A stretch of 58,700 nt of DNA, taken from assembly GCA_035512695.1 (NCBI GenBank), contig DATKDL010000011.1, forward strand, positions 1 through 58,700. Reading direction: 5' to 3'. The notes beneath the pieces were generated by a model. It saw only the letters and a list, made by a program, of their open reading frames with translations, ran no database searches and was not told the origin of the DNA. This document shows positions 17,921 through 27,281 of the stretch, piece by piece (position 1 is the first letter of the stretch; the number at the start of each line of letters is the position of its first letter). The position numbers and the translations under genes were made by a program. The DNA comes from Anaerolineales bacterium (GTDB taxonomy: Bacteria; Chloroflexota; Anaerolineae; Anaerolineales; JABWBV01).

Positions 17921-19867
17921 TCAATCGTCGACCAGGCGTTGAAAGTGGAAAATGATGATCGATGGCGCTGACGGGCCGTCGCTGAAACCTTTCACCTCAA
18001 CAAGGGTGTAACGCTCCAGCAAACTCGCAACGTGCTCGAAATTTTCGCCGACCTGGAACTCCGGGTTCTCCGATACGATCCAGATTGAATCATTGGCGGC
18101 CAGTCCGGCAATCGCCGTCCGAAAGATGGGCGCCGAATGCGGGTTGAATTCCTCGCCGGGCATCGGGAGCGAGTGCCAGGCGATATGCCGGGAGCCGTTG
18201 TGGTTGAGGAGAAATTGCCAGACCGGGGAAAGGTAATCGTCGACGATGACGGCCTCATTGCCGGAGACCGTCTCATCCAAAAAAGAGGCCGCTTCTCGAT
18301 AGCGGTCGTCAAATGCGTAGACCGGGTCGCTTCGCACGGCAAGCAATAACAAGAGCGGGTTAATCAGCAGGAATGCCCCGGCCATGGCCCCCAGTCCATT
18401 CAACCTTCCGGCCGCCTCCCGTGAAAAGCTGCGGACCCATCCGAGGCCGGCCAGGAGAATTCCGATACAAATCGTGAGCGTGAACAGGATCGCTGTCCAG
18501 TTCACGTCGACCAGGCTCAGCCGGACGAGGGCAATATCGGGCGCCACTCCGTTTAGAAGCAGCTTCCAGGTGTAGCCGATCGGACTGAAGCGCAGGTCCC
18601 ACACCAGCCGGTCGGAAAAAAAATCGCCGATCTCACCGCGCAATCCCGTCCGGACAAGCCCCCTGGATATCAAAACGCCGCCGAGCTGGATTCCGATGCC
18701 GGCCGCCAGGACGAGGCCGGACGCAAACCTGGCCCGCGTTTTCCTGGATTTGAGGAGGTCTTCAATCCATGGCGCGCCGCAAATCACGATCAGTGGGAGC
18801 ACAGGCAGCAAACGCCTCGGTCCCCAGGCCAGGCTCCAACCTTCATTCCCCACCGTCGCAGCCTCCAGGACCACGATGACGGCTACCGACCAGACCGCTG
18901 CGATAGAATACCCGCTCCAATCCGACCTCGATTTTCCGGGCATATTCTTGATCCATAAAAACAGCCCGGGGATCAATACGGGCATGAAGAACAGCAGTCC
19001 CCGCCCGGGACTGAAAATGGGGGCAAGCAGATTCGATAGGAATTGCCCCTGGGGTCGTGCGGCGATCGTTTGAAGCGTTGTGAGAATGACCTGGGGAAAA
19101 TCGTACCGGGTCGGAACGGAAGCCGGTATAACGGCCCTCGCGATCAGAAACGCGATGGCGATCACGGCCGCGGCGATCACCGAGATTTTCACTTTCTCCC
19201 GGCCCGATATCTTTGCAACCGGTTTTCCATAGGTGACGGCGAGCAAGATGCCCGGGACGATCAAGACAAGGATCGCCTTGGTCAAAACCATTCCGGCGAG
19301 CGACAGGAGAAAAAAGGCGGCCGGGGCGATTTTCCACTCGCCGCGATCACGGGAAATGCTCCTGTTGCCAAACAACAGGCTTCCTGTCAGGAACATGGCT
19401 GCCAGCGTTTCTCTGAAAAAGCCCTGGCTATACACCCAGGCGATCGAAGCGAAAGCGAAGATGCAAGCTGCCCAGAATGCAACTTTGATCGGGTATCCTG
19501 ATTCGCAGACGAGTAATAACAGGAGCGCGCCTGTCAGCGCGACGTATACCGGCGGAAGAAGCAGAATCCCCTGGACGAAACCGGCGGCTGTGGAGTCCAG
19601 CAGCCCGGTTATCAGCGCCCCGAATGCGACGTGGGAAATCCCGGCGCCGTTGTATTCACCGGCGAGCCGGACGTTTCCGGAAAGCTGTTCAGCGGAAAAC
19701 CGGCCGTGAAAGGCCAGGTTCTGCGCGACGGCTGCGAACAGCTGTTCATCATCGGACTGGAGGATCCCCCGGTAGGACAACAGGTAGACGGATAAGGCCA
19801 GGCAGAAAAAAAAGAAGGCAGCGAGATGCCTTCGGGAATATGACGCACCCATCCTGCCCAGTGTCAT
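17921..19867 (-). CDS. Multi-pass membrane protein, probable GT-C (PMT/ArnT-like) glycosyltransferase
   Basis: About 12 TM helices, acidic SDDE after TM1, FFRE and WGPRRLLP motifs, C-terminal soluble domain. Confidence 0.7.
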   Translation of the reverse strand: MTLGRMGASYSRRHLAAFFFFCLALSVYLLSYRGILQSDDEQLFAAVAQNLAFHGRFSAEQLSGNVRLAGEYNGAGISHVAFGALITGLLDSTAAGFVQGILLLPPVYVALTGALLLLLVCESGYPIKVAFWAACIFAFASIAWVYSQGFFRETLAAMFLTGSLLFGNRSISRDRGEWKIAPAAFFLLSLAGMVLTKAILVLIVPGILLAVTYGKPVAKISGREKVKISVIAAAVIAIAFLIARAVIPASVPTRYDFPQVILTTLQTIAARPQGQFLSNLLAPIFSPGRGLLFFMPVLIPGLFLWIKNMPGKSRSDWSGYSIAAVWSVAVIVVLEAATVGNEGWSLAWGPRRLLPVLPLIVICGAPWIEDLLKSRKTRARFASGLVLAAGIGIQLGGVLISRGLVRTGLRGEIGDFFSDRLVWDLRFSPIGYTWKLLLNGVAPDIALVRLSLVDVNWTAILFTLTICIGILLAGLGWVRSFSREAAGRLNGLGAMAGAFLLINPLLLLLAVRSDPVYAFDDRYREAASFLDETVSGNEAVIVDDYLSPVWQFLLNHNGSRHIAWHSLPMPGEEFNPHSAPIFRTAIAGLAANDSIWIVSENPEFQVGENFEHVASLLERYTLVEVKGFSDGPSAPSIIIFHFQRLVDD

Positions 19868-19882
19868 TCGCCAGGCTCAGGT

Positions 19883-19940
19883 TATGAAAAATGACGCTGC
19901 AAAGCGGGGTTTTTCCCGCTTTGCAGCGTCATTTTTCATA
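19883..19940. terminator. Perfect palindrome, 26-bp arms
   Basis: tatgaaaaatgacgctgcaaagcggg / cccgctttgcagcgtcatttttcata. Confidence 0.8.
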
Positions 19941-19949
19941 TTCCTTGAA

Positions 19950-20534
19950 TCAAGGCACCGGGGTGCCGATGTCCTGCGCAGTGGGCGAGGGGAATTGTGT
20001 GGGAGTCAGCGTGAAAAAGGGCGTCGGGGGAGGGGTGAGAACGGGGATATCACCGCCGGTCGGCGCCGACACCAGGCTGCCCAGGATCCAGCAGCTGACA
20101 CCTGACAGAGTCTGGATGTAGAGCCACGTCCCTCCGGGATCAACACCGAGGACCAGGGCAGTCTCCCCGGAGAAAAGGCTGAGCACAACCCCGTAATTCG
20201 TGCCCGGGCCATACCGGCAGTCCGCGTTGACCAGCATGATGACGGCGTTCGTTGTGTCTGTCGCAACGGGGGTCAGCGGATTGGCGGTTGAACCCGGCGG
20301 CACGCCTGCGGTTCCGGTCAATTGCGCGGATTCGGTCTCGTAGAATGCGATCGTTGCCGCCCGGGTGCTTTCGATCGCCTGCGCAGTCTCCTCGGCCCCT
20401 TCAACGAGAATACCCATGACGGCGATTGCCGTCGCGTTCGGATCGATTTCCCTGGTCGTTTTACAAGACGAGAGCGCGATCGCCGAGAACACAAAAAATA
20501 GACATAAAGTCTGTAAGGGATTTCCGGTTTTCAT
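19950..20534 (-). CDS. Lipoprotein with bacterial SH3 domain and Pro/Thr tail
   Basis: LSSC lipobox; NADCRYGPGTNYGVV...WLYI...CWI. Confidence 0.8.
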   Translation of the reverse strand: MKTGNPLQTLCLFFVFSAIALSSCKTTREIDPNATAIAVMGILVEGAEETAQAIESTRAATIAFYETESAQLTGTAGVPPGSTANPLTPVATDTTNAVIMLVNADCRYGPGTNYGVVLSLFSGETALVLGVDPGGTWLYIQTLSGVSCWILGSLVSAPTGGDIPVLTPPPTPFFTLTPTQFPSPTAQDIGTPVP

Positions 20535-20717
20535 CTGTCTCCTGGCCGGGACTCCTGCTTGCGCATTCCATCCGATTGCGCACATGCCTGGCTCGCCCCG
20601 CATTGTACCGCGATTGGGATCGGTGCTACAGCCCTACCTCCCGCGCGGGGATCACCCCCCGGACCCGATTGGCGATCGGGGTACCTTCGCTGGTATACTG
20701 ACCGGGAGGAAACCTCC

Positions 20718-21560
20718 ATGCCGGCCTGGTCCCTTTACCTCCTCCTCACCTTCCTCGCCACCCTTCCTTTCTACCTGGCCCTCCGCCGCAAGACCGAGAC
20801 GGTGGATCTCGACCGGGCCGTCCGGCGGCAGTTGTGGGTTCCGGGCCTGGTCGCACTCGCGCTGCTGGGCTACTCCGGTCGGGGGCTTGCCGCCCTCGAT
20901 CTCGGTCCGGGGGACCGGCCCTGGCTGCTGCTCGCCGCGTTCCTGCTCCCGATCGGCCTCGAGCTGATTTCGATCTTCGCCGCGATCCGGCTCAACCTGG
21001 CGCAGTTGGACCGGTCCCTGATTTCGGTCCGGGACGGCTGGATCCGCCTTTCCCCGTCGATCCGGCTGATCCTGGGTCATGAGAAGCAGACCCCGCTCAA
21101 GTTTGCCGTCAACCTGCTCGCCACCCTCGCGATCGCGGCAGCCTTAAGCCTGCTTTTCTCGCTCGCCGAGGAGATCGGCTGGCGCGGCTATCTGCAGGAC
21201 CTGCTCATCGACCGGTTCACCGTGACCTGGGGGCTCGTCCTCGGGGGCATTTTCTGGGGGTTGTGGTATGCACCGCTCGTCCTGCGGGGCTATCGTTTTC
21301 CGGACTACCCCCGGCTGGGGGCCTTCGTCTTCATGCCGGTGTTCACGATCGCGGCAGGGATCGTGATCGGGTGGTTCTACTGGCTGACCGGGAGCCTGTG
21401 GGCTGCCGCGATCCTGAACGCATCGATCAAGGTCAGCGCCCCGATTTCCGAGACCGTGCTCGGGGACGCCGGGACCTCGAGGCGAGTCCGGATCGTGTGG
21501 CTTTGGCTGTGGGCCGCGCTGGCCGGACTGGTGCTGACGCTCTGGTTTGCCGGAAGTTGA
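20718..21560 (+). CDS. CPBP/Abi-family intramembrane metalloprotease homolog (His ligands substituted)
   Basis: GGAGG RBS; AEEIGWRGYL motif; FWGLWY and AAILNA where His is expected. Confidence 0.85.
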   Translation: MPAWSLYLLLTFLATLPFYLALRRKTETVDLDRAVRRQLWVPGLVALALLGYSGRGLAALDLGPGDRPWLLLAAFLLPIGLELISIFAAIRLNLAQLDRSLISVRDGWIRLSPSIRLILGHEKQTPLKFAVNLLATLAIAAALSLLFSLAEEIGWRGYLQDLLIDRFTVTWGLVLGGIFWGLWYAPLVLRGYRFPDYPRLGAFVFMPVFTIAAGIVIGWFYWLTGSLWAAAILNASIKVSAPISETVLGDAGTSRRVRIVWLWLWAALAGLVLTLWFAGS

Positions 21561-21575
21561 GAACCGAAGCGCGCT

Positions 21576-22328
21576 TCACGGCAACAGCATCAAACCCTCT
21601 GCGGTCTGCTCGGCGGCCTCCAACATCGGCAAATGCCCGACCCCGGGAAGCTCAACCAGGGTAGCGCCGTTTGCGCGCGCCTGGGCGTCGCGCGCCATCT
21701 CCACCGGAACGAGTTCATCGGCATCCCCGTGGATCAGGACGAGCGGGAAAGGAAATGAAGCAAGCGACGACCGCAAATCCTCGCGTTCTGCCATCGCTTT
21801 CAATCCTCCGGTGATCCCCGGCACGCTTTGTCCGGCCATCAACTCCCTCGCGAACTGCCCGATGCGGGCGTCGGCGGTCAGCTTTGGGCCCATGGCATCT
21901 ACAACGACACCGGCGCCCTTGTTCGAGACTTCGTCGGCCGTCTTATACCGCCCCTGTTTCCGTTCTGGGTCGTCTCCACCCGCCTGGGAAGATACCAACG
22001 CCAGCCCGCGGGTTCTTTCCGGGTGCAATTTTGCAAAAGCCAGCGCGACGTACCCGCCCATTGAATGGCCTGCCAGGCTGGCCTCGGCGATCTCGAGGCT
22101 GTCCAGCAGCGCAAGGATATCGCCGGCCATATCCGTCATGGTATAAGGGGCATCGACCGGCTTTGAGCCGCCGAAACCGCGCAGGTCCGGCATGATGAGA
22201 TCGAAGTGGTCTTCGAGATGTGGGACGATTTCATTCCAGATGGAGCGATCCAATGGAAAGCCGTGGATCAAAACCAGCGGCGATCCTTTTCCGGTGCGAG
22301 TGTATGCGAGGGGAATGTTTGTTTTCAT
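21576..22328 (-). CDS. Alpha/beta fold hydrolase
   Basis: LIHGFP, PDLRGFG, GHSMGG, HGDAD, GHLPMLE. Confidence 0.93.
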   Translation of the reverse strand: MKTNIPLAYTRTGKGSPLVLIHGFPLDRSIWNEIVPHLEDHFDLIMPDLRGFGGSKPVDAPYTMTDMAGDILALLDSLEIAEASLAGHSMGGYVALAFAKLHPERTRGLALVSSQAGGDDPERKQGRYKTADEVSNKGAGVVVDAMGPKLTADARIGQFARELMAGQSVPGITGGLKAMAEREDLRSSLASFPFPLVLIHGDADELVPVEMARDAQARANGATLVELPGVGHLPMLEAAEQTAEGLMLLP

Positions 22329-22379
22329 AGCCTAATTGTAAATGAGATATCGGGTGGTAATGCGTTATCATTCTGAACC

Positions 22380-23300
22380 ATGATGCATGATTTATCCGGC
22401 GTGTACGCCGCAGCGGTGACCCCGGTTACAGACGATCTGCGACCGGACCCCGACGGTCTTCTGAATCTTCTCGATTTCCTGGCAGGGCGAGGGTGCCACG
22501 GCGTTCTCCTGCTCGGGACGACCGGTGAGGGACCTTCGTTTTCGATCGACGAGCGGAAGCTGATCTTTGAGGCGGGCCGTCGCATCCGGGAGTCACATCC
22601 GGGTTTCCGGCTGTTGGCCGGGGTCGGGATGCCGGCGCTGGGGGACACGATCGACCTGGCACGCTTTGTCTTTAAACTGGATTATGACGCCGTCGTCGTC
22701 CTCCCGCCGTATTACTACCGGACGGCCGGCGAGGCGGGGTTGTATACCTGGTATGGCGAAGTCATCAACCGGGCTGTCCCCGAAGGACGCGGCCTGCTGG
22801 GTTATCACATCCCCGGCGTCAGCGGGGTCGGGCTCTCGGTCGATCTTTTGCGCCGCCTGAAGGATTCCCATCCGGATCGCTTCCTGGGGCTCAAGGATTC
22901 CTCTGCGAGCCGCGAGCACGTACAGGCGTTGGGCGATGCCTTCGGCTCCGACCTTCTCACCTTGAACGGCACCGACCGGCTGTTCAGCGATGCCCTGGCC
23001 GCCGGCGCCTCCGGCTGCATCACGGCGATGGCGAACCTGGTTTCTCCCGACCTGCGCCAGGTTTGGGATGCGCACCTGGGCGGACGGAACAACCCGGGCG
23101 CCCAGGTGCGCCTCGACCGTGCCCGTTCGATCTCCGAGCGCTTTCCTCCTGCTGCAGCCCTGATCAAGGACCTGCTGGCAGAATTTCACCGTTTTCCCCG
23201 CTGGGGCGTCAAACCGCCGCTTGAGCCGCTGGACCCGGCGCGGGCGGAGCGAGCCCGGCTGGCATGGAGGACCCGAGGACAAATCGCGGACGAAAATTGA
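22380..23300 (+). CDS. Dihydrodipicolinate synthase (DapA)-family aldolase/lyase
   Basis: GTTGEG, PPYYY, YHIP, GLKDSS (Schiff-base Lys). Confidence 0.9.
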   Translation: MMHDLSGVYAAAVTPVTDDLRPDPDGLLNLLDFLAGRGCHGVLLLGTTGEGPSFSIDERKLIFEAGRRIRESHPGFRLLAGVGMPALGDTIDLARFVFKLDYDAVVVLPPYYYRTAGEAGLYTWYGEVINRAVPEGRGLLGYHIPGVSGVGLSVDLLRRLKDSHPDRFLGLKDSSASREHVQALGDAFGSDLLTLNGTDRLFSDALAAGASGCITAMANLVSPDLRQVWDAHLGGRNNPGAQVRLDRARSISERFPPAAALIKDLLAEFHRFPRWGVKPPLEPLDPARAERARLAWRTRGQIADEN

Positions 23301-23340
23301 AGGGCCGGCGAATGTCGCTCGCCGGCCCTTCAATTTTCGT
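23290..23340. terminator. Perfect palindrome, 22-bp arms, includes the DapA-family stop codon
   Basis: acgaaaattgaagggccggcga / tcgccggcccttcaattttcgt. Confidence 0.8.
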
Positions 23341-23346
23341 GATCAC

Positions 23347-23385
23347 GGCGGTATCCGGGAAAACCCGCCTCAACAAAACCAGGAG
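23347..23385 (+). promoter_or_regulatory. Probable preQ1-I riboswitch
   Basis: P1 GGCGG/CCGCC, loop UAUCCGGGAAAAC, A-rich tail UCAACAAAACC running into the AGGAG SD of a queuosine precursor transporter. Confidence 0.72.
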
Positions 23386-23391
23386 CTCATC

Positions 23392-24048
23392 ATGAAAATC
23401 CAATCGAATAATCCGCCTGCTGCGGTCATCCCGGCCGCGGCCGTGCTCGTCGTCGCCGGATACGTCGCCGCACAGATGATCGCCGACATCGCCAGCCTCA
23501 AGATCGGCGTGATCGCCTCCCTGGCGGTCGATATGGGCACCTTCATCTATCCGATCACGTTCACGCTGCGCGATCTCGTCCACAAGACGCTCGGGAAACG
23601 GAATGCCCAGGTCCTGATCGTCACCGCGGGGGCGATCAACTTTACCATGGTGGTTTATCTGATGTGGTCCGCATCCGTCCCGGCCGACCCGAACGCCTTC
23701 GGCGGCCCGGAGTTCGCCGTCGTCTTTGCGCCGCTCTGGCGGATCGTCATCGCCTCGATCGTGGCGGAGATCGTCAGCGAGCTGACGGATACCGAGGTCT
23801 ACCACTGGTTTGTCCATCGGATCACAAAGCGTCACCAATGGGCACGGGTTCTCGTGAGCAACAGCGTCAGCATCCCGGTCGACAACTTGATCTTCGTCCT
23901 GCTGGCCTTCTCCCCGATCGCTCTCCTCGGTGACCAGCTGGTCGACTCCTGGTCGACGACCTGGGATATCTTCACCTTCAATCTCGTCGTTAAATACGGG
24001 ATCACTTTGCTGAGCTTGCCGCTCATTTACCTGACGCCGGAAAGATGA
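23392..24048 (+). CDS. Queuosine precursor transporter (YhhQ/VUT family)
   Basis: GTFIYPITFTLRDLVH, RIVIASIVAEIVSELTD, RVLVSNSVSIPVDNLIF; about 6 TM. Confidence 0.9.
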   Translation: MKIQSNNPPAAVIPAAAVLVVAGYVAAQMIADIASLKIGVIASLAVDMGTFIYPITFTLRDLVHKTLGKRNAQVLIVTAGAINFTMVVYLMWSASVPADPNAFGGPEFAVVFAPLWRIVIASIVAEIVSELTDTEVYHWFVHRITKRHQWARVLVSNSVSIPVDNLIFVLLAFSPIALLGDQLVDSWSTTWDIFTFNLVVKYGITLLSLPLIYLTPER

Positions 24049-24050
24049 AG

Positions 24051-24140
24051 TACAAGGTGCAAGGTGCAAACTGTATCTTGCACCTTGCACTTTGCACTTT
24101 GCACTTTGCACCTTGCGCCTTGCCCCTTGCACCTTGCACG
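24051..24140. repeat. Heptamer array: (caaggtg) x2 inverted against ttgcacc-like x9
   Basis: Nine near-identical units at 24078-24140; same unit as the array at 11348. Confidence 0.93.
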
Positions 24141-24141
24141 T

Positions 24142-24177
24142 TAAAAAAATAGATGCGAGGGATCAACCTCGCACCTA
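24142..24177 (-). terminator. Intrinsic terminator of the 6S RNA
   Basis: aggtgcgagg ttgatc cctcgcatct attttttt on the minus strand. Confidence 0.8.
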
Positions 24178-24185
24178 TATAGGGT

Positions 24186-24368
24186 CAGACTCCCCACCAT
24201 GCCGTGTGCAGCAAAGTTTTGAACCTGCCTTCGCAGGATCGGGTCCCTTCCCGGGTGGTCCGCCTTGGCCGAAGCCTATCGCGTAGCACACGTAAGTCGA
24301 GACCCATGTGTGTAACTTGTTGGCTCAAAACCGTGGTGCGGCATCACGCGCACAGCAGGGTTAGTCTG
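24186..24368 (-). ncRNA. ssrS: 6S RNA
   Basis: About 183 nt with pairing ends (cagact..ccc / gggg-agtctg), 6S-like segments ccctgctgtgcgcgt, ttgagccaaca, ggttcaa, cacggca; TGgTATAAG extended -10 upstream, terminator downstream, close to aspS. Confidence 0.85.
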
Positions 24369-24481
24369 CTTTCTTATACCATAATTTTCTGTGAGGCTGA
24401 TTAAGGGGGATTAAAATCGATAGTACTTTGGTCACTTCTTCTGGTTTTCTTAATCATTATCGTTGCGTTTGCCAATATATT

Positions 24482-25150
24482 TTACCAGCCTGCGCTTTTT
24501 AGCATTTCAATTTGCCTTTCGCCGTACAGCGCCAGGAACAGGATGTTCTCGGACGGGTCGTAATCGGGCAGGTAAAGCGTCAGGACGGCGACGGCCCGGC
24601 CCTGGTAGGTGTGCAGGGTGTAGCGGCTTCCGGTCCCGCCGTTGTCCTGGATCCAGCTTTCCGGCGGCAGGTGGACCGAGTCCGGCAGCGAGAGTTCGGG
24701 CACCCCGATGATATCCTGCGTGGCGCGGACATCTCGGAGTTTTGCGATGACCTGCTCGGGATTGGGAAACTCGAACAGCCCGACCTGCATCGTTCCGCGT
24801 CCGTCCAGGCTGACCCAAAGCTCTTCGACACATTGGGCGGTGCAGAGCGGGTCGGTATTCGGAACGGTCGCGTCTTGCGGGGTCAGCGGCCAGATCCCCA
24901 GGATGACATTCAGGACCGGCCCCGACAGAGGGGCGCCTTCAAAGCTGAGGCGCTCGATCGTGGGTGCGCGCGTCGGGGCCTGGGCGGTCCGCAGGTCGAT
25001 GACCCCCTGGGTCGCGTTCACGGACTCGGCAATCCGCGTCATGCTTGCCGAAGTGGCCTGGAAATCCGGGGGTGGATTCAGCCCGACGAGCTGGCAGGCG
25101 GACAAAGACATCATCACCGCCACGCCGAAGGAAATTGCCAGGCTCCTCAT
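24482..25150 (-). CDS. Hypothetical lipoprotein
   Basis: LSAC lipobox; no recognisable domain. Confidence 0.75.
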   Translation of the reverse strand: MRSLAISFGVAVMMSLSACQLVGLNPPPDFQATSASMTRIAESVNATQGVIDLRTAQAPTRAPTIERLSFEGAPLSGPVLNVILGIWPLTPQDATVPNTDPLCTAQCVEELWVSLDGRGTMQVGLFEFPNPEQVIAKLRDVRATQDIIGVPELSLPDSVHLPPESWIQDNGGTGSRYTLHTYQGRAVAVLTLYLPDYDPSENILFLALYGERQIEMLKSAGW

Positions 25151-25262
25151 ACCATGAGATTGTATCCTTTTCCACGCGGGTAGGCCTGGGAGATTGGGCT
25201 GATCTCTCTAAAACGCAATGAATACTCCGAAAAAACGTTGCGCGTTTGCGTTAGAAAAACGC

Positions 25263-27047
25263 CTATTTGCCCTCGGGAAGCGCCAGCCGGATATGAAGCT
25301 CCTTCAGCTGCTCCGGTTCAGCCGGTGAAGGCGCATCCGCCATCACATCGCGCGCAGACTGGTTTTTCGGGAACGCGATCACCTCCCGGATGTTCGGCGC
25401 ACCGGCGAAGATCATCGCCATCCGGTCGATCCCGGAGGCGATCCCGCCGTGCGGGGGAGCGCCGTATTCGAAGGCTTCCAGCATGTGCCCGAACCGCGCC
25501 TGGGCGACTTCGGGTTCAAGACCGATCAGGTCGAAGATCTTCTCCTGGAGCCCGCGGTCATGGATCCGGATCGACCCACCCGAGACCTCATAGCCGTTCA
25601 GGACGATGTCATACTGCGTGCCGCGCATTCTCCCCGGATCGCTTTCGATCAGGTGCTGGTCTTCCGGCATCGGCATCGTGAACAGGTGCTGGCTCGGGTC
25701 CCAGCGTTGTTCCGCTTCGTTCCAGAACGCAAACGGGAAGTCGATCACCCAGACCCAGCCGAGCACACTGTCGTCCCGCAGCCCGAGCCGGTCGCCGATC
25801 AGCAGCCGCAGCCGGGAGAGGACGTCGAAGACGGTCTCTTGCGAGGCGTCGGCGACGAACAGCAGCAGGTCGCCGTCTTCCGCTGCCAGGCGCGTCCGAA
25901 TCTCGGCCAGCGTCGCCTCATCGAGGAACTTTGCGATCGGAGAGCGCAGTTCGCCCCCGCTCGTCAGCGCAATGGTCGCCAGCCCGCGGGCGCCGGCCTG
26001 GACGGCGAATTCGGTGAGTTCGTCGATCTGCTTGCGGGTGTAATCTCCCAGTCCTTTGGCGTTGAACCCGCGCACGGCACCGCCGTCCGCCACGGCGCGC
26101 TCGAAGACCTGGAACCCACAGCCGGGAGCCAGGTCGCTGAAGTCAGCCAGCTCGAGCCCAAAGCGCAGATCCGGCCGGTCGGTCCCGAAACGCTCCATCG
26201 CATCTTTGTACGTGATCCTGGGCCAGGGGCTGGCCAAAAGCTTCCGATCGGGCGCCAGCTCACCGCTCATGGCCGTGTACATGGCCTCCATCAGGTCCAT
26301 GATGTCTTCGCGCCGGTCGACGAAAGACATCTCCAGATCGAGCTGGGTGAATTCGGGCTGCCGATCGCCGCGGGTGTCCTCGTCGCGGAAGCAGCGGGCG
26401 ATCTGGAAGTACCGCTCGATCCCGGCCACCATCAGCAGCTGCTTGAGCTGCTGCGGGGACTGCGGGAGCGCGTAGAACTCGCCCGGATGCACCCGTGACG
26501 GGACCAGGTAGTCGCGAGCGCCCTCCGGGGTGGTCTTGAACAGGATCGGCGTTTCGATCTCGATAAAGCCGCGCTCGGAGAGATAGTCACGGATGAACTT
26601 GACCATCCGGTGGCGCAGGATGATGTTGGTCTGCATCGATTCGCGGCGCAGATCCAGATAGCGGTACTTCAGCCGGCGGCCCTCGTCGACGGTCTCATCT
26701 TTGTTGATCAGGAACGGCGGGGTCCTGGACTCGTTCAGGATCGTGACCGCATGGACCTCGAGCTCGATCTCCCCGGTTTCCAGTTTTGGGTTTTCGAGAC
26801 CCTCCGGCCGGTTCCGGACGAAGCCCTCGACCCGGACGACCCACTCGCCGCGCGCCGGGTTAAGGGCGGTATATGCGTCCGGGGCGATCTCGGGGTTGGC
26901 GATGATCTGGGTCAGACCGAACCGGTCCCGCAGATCGATAAAGATCACGCCGCCATGATCGCGCCGCCGGTGCACCCAACCGGCAAGGGTCACCTGCTGC
27001 CCGGCGTGTGCGGCGCGCAGCTCTCCGCAAGTGTGGGTTTTATACAT
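25263..27047 (-). CDS. aspS: Aspartate--tRNA ligase, probably non-discriminating (Asp/Asn)
   Basis: THTCGEL, RRDHGG, TPEGARDYLVPSR, ALPQSPQ, RCFRDED, RQPEFTQLD, PPHGG; GGAGG RBS. Confidence 0.97.
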   Translation of the reverse strand: MYKTHTCGELRAAHAGQQVTLAGWVHRRRDHGGVIFIDLRDRFGLTQIIANPEIAPDAYTALNPARGEWVVRVEGFVRNRPEGLENPKLETGEIELEVHAVTILNESRTPPFLINKDETVDEGRRLKYRYLDLRRESMQTNIILRHRMVKFIRDYLSERGFIEIETPILFKTTPEGARDYLVPSRVHPGEFYALPQSPQQLKQLLMVAGIERYFQIARCFRDEDTRGDRQPEFTQLDLEMSFVDRREDIMDLMEAMYTAMSGELAPDRKLLASPWPRITYKDAMERFGTDRPDLRFGLELADFSDLAPGCGFQVFERAVADGGAVRGFNAKGLGDYTRKQIDELTEFAVQAGARGLATIALTSGGELRSPIAKFLDEATLAEIRTRLAAEDGDLLLFVADASQETVFDVLSRLRLLIGDRLGLRDDSVLGWVWVIDFPFAFWNEAEQRWDPSQHLFTMPMPEDQHLIESDPGRMRGTQYDIVLNGYEVSGGSIRIHDRGLQEKIFDLIGLEPEVAQARFGHMLEAFEYGAPPHGGIASGIDRMAMIFAGAPNIREVIAFPKNQSARDVMADAPSPAEPEQLKELHIRLALPEGK

Positions 27048-27061
27048 TCTCGCCTCCAAAA

Positions 27062-27215
27062 TAAAACGCCCGTCGCAATTGCGTCGGGCGTTTGAATTCG
27101 ATCGTGGGGTCTGCCTATATCCGCATCGCACCCGCGCCTGCCCGACACCAGGGAGAGGTGCTGGGATTAGCGTCTAGGTTGGGTTTTATTCCGGATTTCA
27201 TCGTTGGTGATTATA
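27062..27215 (-). promoter_or_regulatory. aspS leader: -10 box, 28-aa uORF and terminator-like hairpin
   Basis: TATAAT at 27210-27215; uORF 27201-27115 MKSGIKPNLDANPSTSPWCRAGAGAMRI*; hairpin aaacgcccg..cgggcgtttt-attt just before the RBS. Confidence 0.55.
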
Positions 27216-27217
27216 AC

Positions 27218-27272
27218 TGAAAAATCGGGTGGTCGTGCGGAGCACTGCCCCGCACGACCACCCGATTTTTCA
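27218..27272. terminator. Perfect palindrome, 23-bp arms, downstream of tRNA-Leu
   Basis: tgaaaaatcgggtggtcgtgcgg / ccgcacgaccacccgatttttca. Confidence 0.8.
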
Positions 27273-27281
27273 TACCCAATC

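Noticed and set aside
24186..24368. SRP RNA, RNase P RNA or small ORFs 24092-24286 and 24204-24404
   Set aside because: Lacks the SRP and RNase P core motifs; size, end-pairing and motifs fit 6S RNA, and the ORFs have no coding signal.
27048..27215. T-box riboswitch upstream of aspS
   Set aside because: No GGTGGxACCGCG-type T-box consensus or recognisable stem I.
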